Counted from the first letter of the stretch, positions 1-18,564 are shown. The stretch: 64,000 nt of DNA from Chrysomallon squamiferum (GCA_012295275.1 CM022667.1:8370001-8434000); one strand, 5' to 3'. Made by a program: numbers and translations. The notes: a model not told the origin generated them from the letters alone.

Positions 1-375
1 TTTACACATTAATAATAACAAAAAAGAAAAGAAAGTAACACACATATAGCAAATAAACAGATGATGATAATCTTTTATTCCACTTGTGTGTGTTTAAATT
101 TATCTGGTACCATGTAACATGTAATATTATTAAAAACAAAAAAATGAGCATTTAAATTTTTAATATTATTATTAGTAATTATTGTACTTTATTGTTAAGA
201 AAGATTGGTTTCAAAAGTATTACAGAAGTATACTAAGCTACTGGGTTTTTTTTGGGGGGGTTGCACTTTTACAGAAGCATCTTAAACCTTGTTAAAAGGA
301 AATAATTACACAAATTCTTTTTTGAAAACAGAAATAAAAACGTATTTTAGAGAGTTGACACAAATTTTAAATTAC

Positions 376-3270
376 CATGTCTTCTTCGTCGTGAATGCTG
401 ACATTTCCCTCCAGGTAATTCTCACGACTTGCCATGAACGAACCCTGCAGGTATTTGCCACACTTCAGCCCCCTCTGAACCTCCGACAGTGACAAGTGCT
501 CAGGGTAGAGGTTTTTCCCATGATTCTCCACTGCCTGAAAAACAGACGTCAAACACAGTCCTGATTAAATAACACACACAGTACTTAATGTTAAAATTTT
601 AATAATCCATACAGAGAAGTTTCTTAACCTCAACTATTTTCTAGTGAAGAACAGAGAGACAGGTGTGAGACACTTAAATAAAATAAAATAAAATAAAATA
701 AAATAAAAATCTCACCATTCCTTTGTCAGCTCTGGACAGCTTGTCAACAAGACTTGTGTTGTTCTTTAGACTGTTCACATATTCTTCAACTTAAAACATA
801 AATAAATAAACAAATAACTAAATAAATAAATAAATAATCTATACAGATAATGTAATATAAGAAGGACAGTAATTATATCAAGTACACAATTAACTTCAAT
901 AAGAATATTGTAATTGCATGAAAAATAAAAATAAATGCCTAAATGCATAATGTTTACAGCACTGTTCAGATCCCCATTACAAACCTTTTCTAAAAATAAA
1001 GTTTGATAATAATACAACAGTCAGAAGAAGAAGTATGAAAACTGTTTTTTTTTGTGTTTTTTTCCATAAAGTCATCTAACATGAATGAATGTTGTTCCAT
1101 ATATTTTATAACAATGGTCACAACAGAACAAAAATAAAATGTCATTAGCATTCTTTTGGCTAATTTTATCATTTAGAAATGGAAGGACAAGTTTATAAGC
1201 TTCATTCCACAGAAAGAAATGAAGGTAACACAATTTCATTTATTAAATTTCTCTACTTTTGTGACTCAATCAAAAAACATTTGTTATAAAAATGTTCACA
1301 TATCACTCATGGTCACACAAAAACACATACCTATCTAAAATAAAAAACATTTAAACTTTTAAAGTATATTGTTAAGTGTTTGAAGTGTGAAAAGTCTGTT
1401 TACTTGTAAAAGCTGTGATTCCTTCGTCCTTCGCCTTGGCTCTGTTCTCATTGTCGTTGGTTAACAAGACAATCTGAACGGAGTTGGTCTGTAGGTGTTT
1501 TCTGTACCACTGACACGCCTCGCGAATTGCGCGGTCATTTCTGTCGTTAGCCGTCTCCCCCGGCCTCCTTTCAACATACGTGTCACTAACACAAAACAAA
1601 ACACAGAACTGTTAAATAATACACAGTAGTTACATAGCAAACACAACATAAAACACAGAACTGTCAAATAGCAAACACAACATAATACAGAGTAGTTAGA
1701 TAGCAAACACAAAATAATACATAGTACTGTCAAATAGCAAACACAACATAATACAGAGTACTGTCAAACAGCAAACACAAAATAATACAGAGTACTGTCA
1801 AGTACCAAACACAACATAATACAGAGTACTGTCAAGTACCAAATACAACTGAAACTATAAGACAATGCTATATTCTCAAACAAAATAAAATACTATCAGG
1901 TTAGAGTCTAACATTCTTTCACAAAGACAAAGCTGTATTTTTTAAACAAAAGCCATAAATAAATATAAAGTCAAATTTAAATGAAAACTCACCGATTGTA
2001 TTCATTTGAAAATGTATAAAAATGTTTGCTGGAATTTGAGAGGATATCTTTGAGTCTTTTGTATGCTGGAATACTTCTAGCTTTAACCTGAAAAAAAAAA
2101 AAAAATAAATAATAATAATAATAATAATAATAATAGATACTAGGATAGATTTAATAATTTTTTTTTTTAAATAATAAAAAAATAAAATAGACTATATATA
2201 TATATATAAATGATATAAACAACTTTTACAAAAGATAAATAGCAGAGATTAAAATGCTGATATTATTAGATTATTTTCTTTTTAAAAATTTTAAAACAAA
2301 CAGCACAAAGGGAGATAACCATTAAAAAAAAACAATAACCAAAAACTAAGTTATGATCTGCAAGCCAAATTCATGGATAGTGATATAATAAGCAACTAAA
2401 AAACAAAATGAGATAAATATTACAAGAAAGAAAAAAGTCTGCTTTGTAGTAAAATTATAAGAGAGAGAGATAGAAAGAGATAGAGAGAGAGACAGAGAAG
2501 AAGAAGAAGAAAAAGAAAAATAAGGTGAAAAAAAACAAAAACAGAGACAAATATAACCTGTATATTTAAATGTGCGGATGTATGTTTGTATTTATTTGAC
2601 TAATTTTATTAAGCTGTTTCAGACAAATATAGAATTACAGAAAAACAGAAAGATAGACAGACAGGCAGATGGATATAAATTTTAAAATGTCTCACCTCAT
2701 CAAGTACTGTTTGAAGAATCACAACATTTGTGAAACATGAATCTTCCAAAACATCCATCTGAAATATTATATATAAACAAATACAAATATTTTTTAATGT
2801 CAGAATTCAGTACACTGTCACTGAGTGTCAGCACTTGAAATGTTAATAATCATAATAATAATAATAATAATAAAAGCAGATACACACAGATACATACAAT
2901 TATGATATATATGCATTATTATTATTATATAATAAATTAAAATAATATACAATATATTGACAAGTCATAGTAATTATATTTGATAGAGAAAGCTTTCTAT
3001 TTTATAAACAGAGGTACGTGTTTCTGACAATTGATATCTCGTTACCTGGTGTAAAACGACGTTAGTGTCAGGTAGTAAGTAATGGCAGCTGGTGTAGATG
3101 CTGCTGCCACTAGCTGGGTTTTTCTGGAGTGGTTGCTGTTCAGCCTCATGTTTGCAAGATTCGCACATTTGTGAACCGCAAGTTATGTCATCGCGAAGAT
3201 AATGTTCACGAACTATTTTCATTATACTACCTTTCTTCGTCTTTTTCATAAATACTTTAGAGGTTAACAT
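376..3270 (-). CDS. DIS3: Exosome catalytic subunit DIS3/RRP44, 5' six exons; gene continues off the left edge
   Basis: Exons 3270-3046, 2758-2696, 2087-1993, 1585-1404, 789-716, 534-376 have GT-AG boundaries and splice in frame. Peptides MLTSKVFMKKTKKGSIMKIVREHYLRDDITCG, LLPDTNVVLHQ, ETANDRNDRAIR, LLTNDNENR and YPEHLS...SRENYLEG are the CR3/PIN region of DIS3. Confidence 0.96.
1586..1850. repeat. ~35-bp minisatellite in DIS3 intron 3, abutting the exon 4 acceptor
   Basis: About 7 diverged tandem copies of agtactgtcaaatagcaaacacaacataatacag. Confidence 0.8.
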
Positions 3271-3599
3271 GGTTGTTATGAACAGATCGAACTCGGACTA
3301 AGTAAAGAAATTATTAAAATATTTAACAAAAATACAGTGTTTACTGAAAGTGTAAACACGTGAGAAAGTTTTGGTTCTTTTAATATTTTTATTTTTCAAA
3401 ATAAAAACATTCCACAAGGGAAATAACTCTTATGGTAGACGATTTCGTCAAACATACTGGAATATACGGAAAATAATAAATTATATATAGCGTGAGATAA
3501 AGAACAGAATATAAGTAGAGTTTTGTGACAGGCAGATGAAAATAAAAATATTATAAATATTCTTTGTTTATTTATATTTATTATGGATTGCTGCATAGC

Positions 3600-3678
<79 letters not shown>

Positions 3679-3712
3679 ATATGTATAATTCTGAAAATTC
3701 TGAAAGTAACAC

Positions 3713-3976
3713 GGCCATCCACAGAATCAAGTATCCGTAGCGTTAGCAAACTGTAACATTAAGGACATTGTTCGTTAGGAAGAACAGTACAACCGAATGG
3801 ACTGCTGGACTCAAATTTGTTCAGTTTCATTAGAACTCCAGTCTTTACAGTGGAATTAAGAATTCCCCATTTGCGGCACTGTAGGTTCTGGTGCTTGCAC
3901 TTGCTTGTTATCATCTAGCCTCGATCCTGAAATTCTCCATCGACTACAGTCAGAGGATGATCTACTTGCAGCCTTT
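3713..3976 (+). mobile_element. Degenerate integrase C-terminal fragment, KRBA2/SCAND3-like (Ginger-type transposon relic)
   Basis: Manual translation across stops and frameshifts gives HPQNQVSVALANCNIKDI...TTEWTAGLKFVQFH*NSSLYSGIKNSPFAAL..GS...SSSLDPEILHRLQSEDDLLAA. This matches the recalled family pattern RHPQSQGSVERAN.DIK...W..GLKFVQF.KN...HSGIK.SPY.A.FG. Confidence 0.75.
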
Positions 3977-4092
3977 TTATTGCCAGTTTCCTGAATTTAC
4001 ACACATTTTCTGAAATTTTCAGGAATTATACATATTTCATGATAAAACGTATTTCGTGTAACATGTGTATATATATATATATACGCACGCAC

Positions 4093-4138
<46 letters not shown>

Positions 4139-4673
4139 TGTAATATATATATATATATACACACACGCACGCACGCACACACACATATAATTTGTTTTCT
4201 TTAATATAAAATTTACATTATTCTTTTACTGCATTCTTTGATAATTCGAATTTAGATGTTTATAAGTTTAAAATATTATGAAAAAGAAAACTCAGTCACA
4301 AGAAGATGAATATGAACTTTGATAAGGAAAACTTGTTGTGTTTTTTATTTTGTTTTATCATAATCCTGAAAACGATGATATTTTAAAAAGTTATCTCTTC
4401 TTTTTCAGTATGCCACTGACACGAAGTTATCAGATATCTTTAAATGTATTCTAAAATTGCTCACGTAATTTTATTTTCAAAATGAGCACCAAAAAAGGGT
4501 TGAGAAACCTAGAAACGTCATTATGATAATTTGATCCACTGCTTCAGTTATTATTTCTCTATGCAGTATGACATAAAAACACACAGTTATTTTATTTGAA
4601 GTTGACGTCACAAACATCATCGTCGTCGTCGTCCTCCCCTCTTCCTTATTACCATGACGATCATTATTAATTA

Positions 4674-4722
<49 letters not shown>

Positions 4723-4841
4723 TAATAGTAATACTACATAAAAAAAAAAAAAATTTTCTATATTTTTGGGATAAATGTGCAGGTATATATAACGTAGAAC
4801 AACAACAACAACAACAAAACAAAACAACAACAATAACAATC

Positions 4842-4910
<69 letters not shown>

Positions 4911-7069
4911 AATAATGATAATAAAAAGATACTGACAATGGAAGTTCTGCGCCTCTATACAGACATGACATACATACGTATATACGTACATATATACATA
5001 TACATATACACACACACACCACACAAACCACACTAACACATACATACAAACATGCATACATACATACACACAACGTCTCCTACATACATACATAAATACA
5101 TACACACATATACATGCATGCATAAACATCCACTCACTCAAAGACAATATACACACACACACACAAACAGACACACACACACAAACAGACACACACACAC
5201 CCTATGTTTTGTTTCTGCGGTTCTTGCGCTCGTTCAGCAGTTTCACCGTTACCAAGAAATCACTGCCATTGTCAGTCGTGTCTTATCCTTTGAAAAGGGA
5301 TTTGCAACAATGAATTTAATACGGTTCCGGTTCACTGAACAACAAAGGCCGTATCCATACCAGTGAACGGAACACAATTTCAATGGATTTGTGAACCACA
5401 AGCAACTGACCCAGACAGCGGAAAGGTTGGTTTTTTTGTTTCTTTTCGCTGTCATCTCAACACATAAAAATATTACACGATATTTTACATGTGACTGAAC
5501 TTTTACAACTTGTTACGCTCAACTTTTACTCAAAATGTCGACAAAAGGAAACGCGAACTGTTGGAAAAGTTTTTATATTCTGAGTTTTCGTTTTAAATGA
5601 TGAGAGAAACATCGGGAGAAATATTATACTGTGTTGATGTGCTTTATAACGTACGATGTGTTTGGATATTGTCAAGGATAATAAATACAGTTTTAAATAA
5701 AAAAAAAAATAATACTAATAATAATAATAATGTCCGAACGGCGAAATGACGAGAATTCTGAAAACGTTTTTCTCTTTCTTGGAAACAGGTGCGTGAACGC
5801 TGCTGTAAGACTGTGATTCCAAGTGATGAAGATTTCGTGGAATAAGCTGTACATTAACACCCGAGTAGCGCTAAACTGCACATCGTTTTGACAACGTCGT
5901 TCGGTTCTGTGTGTTGAGGTGAACGAACTGTGACGATGGTTCATGTGTGTGTGTGGATTATTCTGACCTGTCCTTTCAGACTCGCGTCGTCTCAGAGTAA
6001 GTACTGTGATTTACTGTGTGTCGTTATTACTTTTATCCGTTAGTTAGTCCTTGTTTATACGTGCTTTTTAAACATTTTCAATATATAATTAATATTCAGA
6101 ACAAACACAGGCATACGTAACCAAAAACACATAAATGTTTAAACAGATACATAATTTATAAATATGTTGTAATAACTACTGCTAATATCTCTATCACTAC
6201 TATCACTATTATTACTATTGCTACCAGTAATACTAGTATTACTATTACTACTGCTGCTACTAGTATTAATGCCACTATAACATTTTACTATTATATCATT
6301 ATATACTACTGTATAGCCACAACAGTAACAAGATTACAACAACATTAACAACTGCTGTTACTACTACTGCTGCTACTACTACTATACACCACTATTATTA
6401 CTACAAGTACCACTACAACTACTACAATTACTATATTCACGAACAGCCAGCAGCTACTGCTGTAACGTCTACCATCACGACCATTAGCATTACTAATAAA
6501 ACTATTTTTAAAACAGAAACAAACAACAACATTTATCTTACAAAACAACATCCACGTGCAGTATAAAAAGAAAAACAAAAAAACACGCATTCTTCAAGAG
6601 ACGTTTTGTTTATGCTGGCCACTGAAGGTCACACTAAATTATGTTACTGTATATTGTTTAATACACTTCGTACAAATCCACTGACCACGTTGTTAATCTA
6701 TTCATGGGCTGAAATGCCACGTTCAGTCAAACAAAAGACACATGTATATAATGTTACTCAGACTGAAATGTCTTGTACATCATTAATGTCAACTGATATG
6801 TAGGGACGTGTCAGAATATAATGGTATATTCATAGCATAAACATATAAAAAGCATACGTAGGGGCTACTGCTGCTACTACTATTACCACCACTACCACCA
6901 CAACAACCATTGCTACTACTACTAAATGTATACACACATATATATGCTTAGTTTACAAAATAGACATGAATAATATACACTATAGATAAACATATTCATA
7001 CAACAAATTAACATAATATATAGTTTTATATATATATATTTGGGACACACACACATACACACACACACA

Positions 7070-7530
7070 CACACTATACATGTGTACATATATCATACTG
7101 TGGTCAGTGTCATACCCACACACGCACACACACTATACATGTGTACATATATCATACTGTGGTCAGTGTCATACCCACACACGCATACACATACACGCAC
7201 ACACACACACACACTATACATGTGTACATATATCATACTGTGGTCAGTGTCATACCCACACACGCACACACACACTATACATGTGTACATATATCATACT
7301 GTGGTCAGTGTCATACCCACACACACACACACACACACACTATACATGTGTACATATATCATACTGTGGTCAGTGTCATACCCACACACGCACACACACT
7401 ATACGTGTGTACATATATCATACTGTGGTCAGTGTCATACACATACACACACACACACACACACTATACATGTGTACATATATCATACTGTGGTCAGTGT
7501 CATACCCACACACACACGCACACACACGCG
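7070..7530. repeat. Minisatellite: ~46-bp constant core separated by variable (AC)n tracts, 7 copies
   Basis: Core ctatacatgtgtacatatatcatactgtggtcagtgtcatacccac recurs near 7073, 7132, 7213, 7275, 7340, 7399 and 7463. Confidence 0.9.
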
Positions 7531-8017
7531 GATTACAACTATCTATGAAGGCGACTAAATTACAAAAAGCTAATTACTGAAAGGTCCTGTCACACTAATA
7601 CGTATGTTGTGTTACCGGAAAGCTGTATTTAGTGGACTGCAGCTCCGCCACAGGCTTTGACTTTTCAGTCATAAAATTCGGCACAAGCGACCCACCATGA
7701 TTAAATAATCTGCATCAGTCAACACGAAACAAATAATATGTATATTGTGTGTGTATTTGTGTGCGTGTATGTGTGTGTATGTGTGTGTGTGTATATATAT
7801 ATATATGTAGATATAGATAGATAGATACACACATACATAATATACTCATTTATACGTACATACGTAAAGCAAATCGGTTGAATACATTAACGTACATAAA
7901 CAGTTCATGTGTGTAGTTGTCCCTGTGTGTGTTGGTGGATGTATAAGAGAGACAGAGCCTAGTATGTAATATACATACACAAATAAAATAATGTATATCT
8001 CATTCAGTTATTCACTA

Positions 8018-8152
<135 letters not shown>

Positions 8153-9625
8153 TTAGGTGAGACTAACTGATCCCTAGATCCACCACTCATAACTTAGACT
8201 CGTTATCATCGTCGTTGACATCATCATCATCATCATTAATAGTAGATGTATGATTATGATAATGGAAAGTTAATAAATTTGAAATAAAGAAAGATGTAGC
8301 GTTAAATAAATATTCATTAAAACAATAGAAGGACAAAAACAAACAAAGAAAATAAAGAAAATAAAATAAAATAATAAATAAATAAATCTAAAAAAAGAAA
8401 GAAACTAAAAAAGAACAAAAAAATAATAATAAAAGAGAAGAAGAAATGCAGAAACACAGAAATAAAAGAAGAAAAAAAAAAAAAAAAAAATGAAAGAAAG
8501 AAAGAAAACGTTTTGTATTTTATTAATAGCAGAAAGATTCAAACGCTAGACCTGTACTCAGTCAGTATCCGTCAGCTTCTCGGGTTTTACGCCTGTGGAG
8601 ATTAACAGTTTGACACGAAAGAATTCTACTTCATTTTCTCCCGTTATTATCCGAGCCTGCTTCTAACGGTTACGTAACCGCATTACAAATTACGTAACCG
8701 CATTACAGATTACAGCAAAAGCCGATTACCCTTCATGACCGGGCTTGTCTGTTTCCACGTAATAAATACTTCTACAGCTATGCGGTTCAGCAGGTAAGAA
8801 AAACACTACGTATTGTTAATCTTATGTAATTAAGGCTAAGCTTAGATCACATAATCTTACGTATATAAAGTTTGAAGAAATTAAGTAGAATTTCAGTTTT
8901 TATTATTGCAAGAAGTAAAGTTCATAACAACCATGTTAGACTTTCCTAACAAACATAAAAAAACAAACAAACAAACAAACAAAAAACCCCACAAAGCAAC
9001 AATAAATTGCGTAAACAAACACCGAAACTCCATTTTCTTTCACAATTTTGTCATATCACTTTATGCATTAACATATAAAAGACCTTTCATTGTTTACCTG
9101 TAAATTTTAAAATATGTGTTTAGTGTTTTCCTCGATGTAAAGGCAGATCGCTGTTTAAAAAAAGCCAAACTAAAACACGATTCTGCAGGTATTCATTCAC
9201 ACGCAGAATAAAAACACGGACAATAATCGACTACGCAGTTGTAGTCAATAACCACAGCGGAACAGAACAGCAGCACCGCACCAAAAGAAAAACTCACAAC
9301 TAATAAATAAATAAATAAATTATATACATATGTAGATGTAGATATAGACGTAGATGTAGATGTGGATGTAAATGTAGATGTTGTTGTTGATGCAGATGTA
9401 GATGTTGTTGTAGATGTAGATGTAGCAGTTTGATTAAGGACACAACGGCCAGACAGCGTCACTGACTGGGACTTGTTTTCACTCTAACAACGAGAAACTC
9501 AGTCATGACGATTTTTAATTTTAATTTTTTTTTTTTTTTTTTTTTAATCTGACACAGTTTACGTTATTTAACGTGTAGTTTTAAAATAAATAAGGAGGGA
9601 ATAATAACCAAGAATAATTGTTTCA

Positions 9626-9682
<57 letters not shown>

Positions 9683-10195
9683 ACAGATACACACACGAAT
9701 TATATATAAGAGAATAAAAGACAGAGTATCTGTCAATAAACATTCAATTTGATACGTATTTATATGGCAATGAAAAATAATTTATTATTATAATTAATAC
9801 CCAGTGGGTGGTAATGCAGTAGATTTACCTAGTAACGAATAAAACCAGGTGAGAGTTGGAAAAATGTAATTGTTTTGTGAAAGTAGAAAGAATTTTGTTG
9901 CTCTTGCGAACATAATTAAAATTTAAAAAATATGTAAAAGTAATAATATAAAAAACTAAATAAATATAAAACAAAAATATATAAAATAAAATAAAAGAAA
10001 AGAAAATATAAGATAAAGGAAAAATCATCAAAAGAAAACAAACAACAACAACAGAGATAAAATTAATATAAAAGAAAAAACAAGGAGTAAACGAGAAAAC
10101 TCTAAGTTTGTTTGTTTTGTTTGTTTGTTTATTTGTTTGTTTATTAATCTTCTTGTTTGCGTGTTTCAGACGTCACAGTTGCTGCCTACGACATA

Positions 10196-11422
10196 ATGAC
10201 TGACCTGAGCAAAGCGTTCATCTCTGCCGGGGTTCTCGCCGTTGCTCTGCTGCTGTCGCTGCTCATCGCCAAAATAGTCGACCACTGCTACGACAGGGCT
10301 TCCATCCGAGATGACGCCAGCGACATCAGCGAACACACGCGAAATCTCATTCGCGCGAGACTTGCGGTTCGAAATTTCAGGTCCCCGTCCAAGAAGAAAA
10401 CGGAGGCGAGCGAAGCTGACAAGGAGCTGAAGCAGAAGAAACTCTTGCGCATGTGGTCAGCCAAGGCGCACGCGAAAAGCGGAAGTTACCCCAAGGAGCC
10501 CGATTTGGGCGGGATTGAGGAAGGGGGTGCCTCCAAGTCGAAGGAACTGATTCTTGGCGTTGCGGAAGCTGCTGGCAAGTCTGGCGGTAAAGAAAAAGAC
10601 AAGCCAGCGTCTAAAGTGACGATAATAAACGAAAGTGGATCTCCAAAGAAAGGAGGAAAAGTTTCCAAAACGGAAAAACAAAAACAGGAACCGGTTACAG
10701 ATAAAACAGCGAAGAAAACCATTCCTAAAGCCGGTCAAGGAAATGGTGAGCTTCCTGGAACTCCTTTGTCAAGCAAGCGAGACTCGGAACGAGGCAAAGC
10801 CGGAAGTCCGAGCAGACGCAGCCCGACTAGGAACGTGTCGCCGACCTCGAGACCTAGAACAGCGCCATCTAGTGGTACGGGTAAAGGAAATGTGAGCAAA
10901 GAGAAAATTAAAGCGAAAGATACGGAAAACGTCAAAAGAAGTGTGAGTCAGAAAGTGATTTCGTTTCCTGGTTCAGCTAAACGAGTGGACACAGTCACTC
11001 CGTCCAGTGCAGCCGTCAGCAAAACTGGCAAACTCGCCTCCAACGTCATAGCGCCCGCGCCTTCCACTTCAGCAGTGAAATCTACACCAGGAAACACTTC
11101 ACCAACTAACGGAAAATCTGGAAGTGTATCGGCGAGAGCGCCCCCTGCAAGCGTTTCCAAACCGAGGCAGACTAGTGCAAAGGCCGCAAGTTCTACACCT
11201 GAACCAGTAGCAGACAATGTTTCTAAAGGGAAACAACCCAGCGGGAAAGCCGGAAGTAATTCTGCTGTGCCTTCTACTGAAGGAACTGGATCACCAGTAA
11301 AACACATCCAAGTTGGTCGAGTGTCTCCTACGAAACCTGAGAGCAAGGCTCAGATCTCTGTTCACTCAGCGGCCAGCAGCGACCCCAGTAAAATTCCCGC
11401 CCTCCATTCTAATATCCCCTAA
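10196..11422 (+). CDS. Uncharacterised single-pass membrane protein with long basic S/K/P-rich disordered tail; may extend to 11531
   Basis: GC-rich single coding exon after an acceptor (tttcag, ~10169). First ATG at 10196; hydrophobic segment AFISAGVLAVALLLSLLIAKIV follows. Candidate non-coding upstream exons end at donors near 5997 (gtaagt) and 8794 (gtaaga). Confidence 0.75.
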   Translation: MTDLSKAFISAGVLAVALLLSLLIAKIVDHCYDRASIRDDASDISEHTRNLIRARLAVRNFRSPSKKKTEASEADKELKQKKLLRMWSAKAHAKSGSYPKEPDLGGIEEGGASKSKELILGVAEAAGKSGGKEKDKPASKVTIINESGSPKKGGKVSKTEKQKQEPVTDKTAKKTIPKAGQGNGELPGTPLSSKRDSERGKAGSPSRRSPTRNVSPTSRPRTAPSSGTGKGNVSKEKIKAKDTENVKRSVSQKVISFPGSAKRVDTVTPSSAAVSKTGKLASNVIAPAPSTSAVKSTPGNTSPTNGKSGSVSARAPPASVSKPRQTSAKAASSTPEPVADNVSKGKQPSGKAGSNSAVPSTEGTGSPVKHIQVGRVSPTKPESKAQISVHSAASSDPSKIPALHSNIP

Positions 11423-13323
11423 CGACGAGACGGAAAAAGACGAGGCACACCACAAAAAGAACGTCCAGTTTCAGGCGGACCCCAAAGACGAGAAGGACAC
11501 AGTTTCAAAGGAAGACAAAGCGAAAGTGTGATATAAATATATAAGTTAAAAAACAAAAAAAACTACAGAAGAAGACACGGATAGAGAGTCTTGAAGAATG
11601 CATTTCTAAACATTGCTGAAATTATCTAAAGAAATTTGAATTAGCGAAAAAGAAATGTGTGGAATGTTTGGAGATGTGAACACCGTCTTTCTTTGATTTT
11701 GTTTTTTAATCAAGCTGTGATCCATAACAAAATGTTTTAAATCTTTTTTTTAATTATTATTATTATTTTTTTTTTCAGTTGTGGATATCTTCCTTTTAAT
11801 ATGTTCAAAGAGCTGTTATATCTCTCTTAACTTAATATTTTATTAATTTACTTTTATTTTAAATTAAAATTGAAAATTCATGAAAAGTGTTTTAACTGTG
11901 TACGACAGTTTTATTTTACTTTAATTTATAAGTTATTTATTCATTCGTTCATTGATTCGTTCGTTCATTTATTCATTCGTTCATTTATTCATTCGTACAT
12001 TTATTCATTTAATTTCCACACTTGCTTGTTCACATTATTTATTTTATTATTTTAATTATTTTGAACATCATGGTTGAAAATAATTGATTCTAAAATGTAA
12101 ATGTGGTTGAAGAAGAAAAAGAAGAACTGAGCCTTTTGTTAGTTTATGTCATCTCTGTAATAATAATTATTAATATTTACTGAAAGTAAAAGTTACCACT
12201 GTCGCATAGCGAAGGTAAATTTGAAAAATTTTAATTTTATTTGGTATTTACTGATGAATAAGACACATCACAAGTGTGATGTGATACGCTATGCTGTGAT
12301 AATTTTATTACATTTTTATTATTATTATTCTGTTAAATTATTTTTTTATTGTAAATAAATGTTTTACAAATTTTCCTTTTGGTATTTTCTTCATAATTAA
12401 CTAATTTAACTAAAAGAAGAGGGTAGACAACTCTGAAGAGCTGTTTTCAGTGACCTCTGACCGAGAAGGGTTGATGGGCACAAGTATAAACTGATAAGTT
12501 TTGTAGATGTGAGATATACAAGTAATATGACTATACTGATTAAACGTGTTTGTTTGGAATTCGAGAAATCACAATATTCTGTAATGACTAGATGTAAGCA
12601 GCAGTTGCTAACCGTCACGAAGCTAAATGTACGTACAGAAACCGGGTACAAGCGGGCTTGGAGCGTTTAAATAATGGTACAGTACTAGACAAACTACTGT
12701 CATTAACTGGGTTTTCTCGATACTGTTAAGAAAGGCCCTGACCTGTATGTTTTACATCTGGGTGAATATGAGATTAAAAGTAAGATGTAAACAAGTGTAC
12801 ACGATTCAGAGGTTATCTCTAAATACGATTACAGTTATGTCAAAGATTTCAGTTTATCAATGTTTGACTTTTGCATTGAGGACTGTCATCATTTCACTGG
12901 TATCATACTTGTAACGTGCGACTGTACTGATTAATTAAAATATGACCATCTACTTTCTGTTATCAGTAAATATATACATCTCAGTGTCCGTTATCATATA
13001 TAGATATCATATCATTATGATTGTGATTATCTTACTTTCTAAACATAATCACGGTATTTTTAGTCAAGGTTTTATAACACAAAAACAGAAAAATGAATCG
13101 CTGCCTGTGGGGATAGTTTAATAATTTCAGTCCAGCTTCCCGTCATTATGTCTACTTTGTATTTAATCCACTTCTTAATGTCAGATTTAGTCATTATAAT
13201 TATGATATCAAAATACATTTTAAAATTAGATTACTGGAGGTAGTAAGTGTTGCATTAATTAAATTAAAAAATAATAATTTAAAAAAAATCTCGTTTGCAT
13301 AACACAACTGCAGCAGTAGTGTG

Positions 13324-17340
<4,017 letters not shown>

Positions 17341-17394
17341 CGTCGAGGTGATGCACTACTCGAATGTTTATCTGCTTTTCAAAGTAGTTTGGTA

Positions 17395-17450
17395 ATCTTT
17401 TACTTGATTACAAAGTCACGTGAGATTATACCACGTGATCTGTCTGACAG

Positions 17451-17452
<2 letters not shown>
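17395..17452. promoter_or_regulatory. Double E-box element ~55 bp upstream of the carboxylesterase ATG; left arm of an inverted repeat
   Basis: Contains GTCACGTGAG and CCACGTGAT; 55/58 identical to the reverse complement of 22535-22592. Confidence 0.6.
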
Positions 17453-17502
<50 letters not shown>

Positions 17503-17723
17503 TTGTTATTGATATTATTATTATTAATTCACTATATAATATTATTTTATATTATTATTTTTTATTTTTGTTTTTGGTTGATAGTTATATGACAGCCTGT
17601 ATTAATCATTAATATGCACTTGAGTATAATACGACATTTAATTCTTTTTCTTCATCTTATTATTATTACTATTAATTTTATATCCATTTTATCTCTATTG
17701 TATTACTTTACGTAGGTATTTGT

Positions 17724-17816
<93 letters not shown>

Positions 17817-17906
17817 CTGATTATTGTAATTCGTTGACAAGTACTCGATGAAGATTTGTAATAAATTATGACCAACAAGTGCGGATCCAGGAGGTGTGCG
17901 CCACAA

Positions 17907-17992
<86 letters not shown>

Positions 17993-18519
17993 TATTATTA
18001 TTATTTTCACACTGTCATCAGCCCAGAACATTTTGCCTTAATCAAATTGCGATCTGATCATTTATTAACATCAACGATTATGAGAACGGAAAATGAAATT
18101 ATACGGAATTCAAATAAAAATTATGAATTATTTTCCCATTAATCAGTAATTTTTTACTATTCAATTTGTTAGTTTTGTTAGTAATTTACATATTTTTAAA
18201 TGGTTTTTTACAGGTGGATGATTTTAGTGATTTTTTTCACCCGCAGGTGCACACATAGGCAAACCAGTTCATCTTTACGGGCTCGTGTCTGTTTTCGTGG
18301 AAGGTCACGGAGGTTGATTTTAAATAACGATGTTCTAAACTCAGTCATAACAACAATTTACATCTGTATGATAATTTTATATTTTTACTTGTTTTTCTTC
18401 TTTCTTTTTTTTTTTTGATATTTCCAGTAGAATTATAGATTTATTTTTAAATATTTATTTTCCTTTCTTTCTTGTTTGTTTCTTTCTTTCTGTATATTTT
18501 TTAACGTTATATATTTGTG

Positions 18520-18564
<45 letters not shown>

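Noticed and set aside
5200-6000. Moderately GC-rich segments with short ORFs (5249-5455, 5693-5944)
   Set aside because: No recognisable protein or consistent exon chain; more likely promoter or 5'UTR sequence.
7070-7530. CRISPR-like array (constant repeat with variable spacers)
   Set aside because: The spacers are only (AC)n length variants, there are no cas genes, and the context is intron-rich animal DNA; it is a minisatellite.
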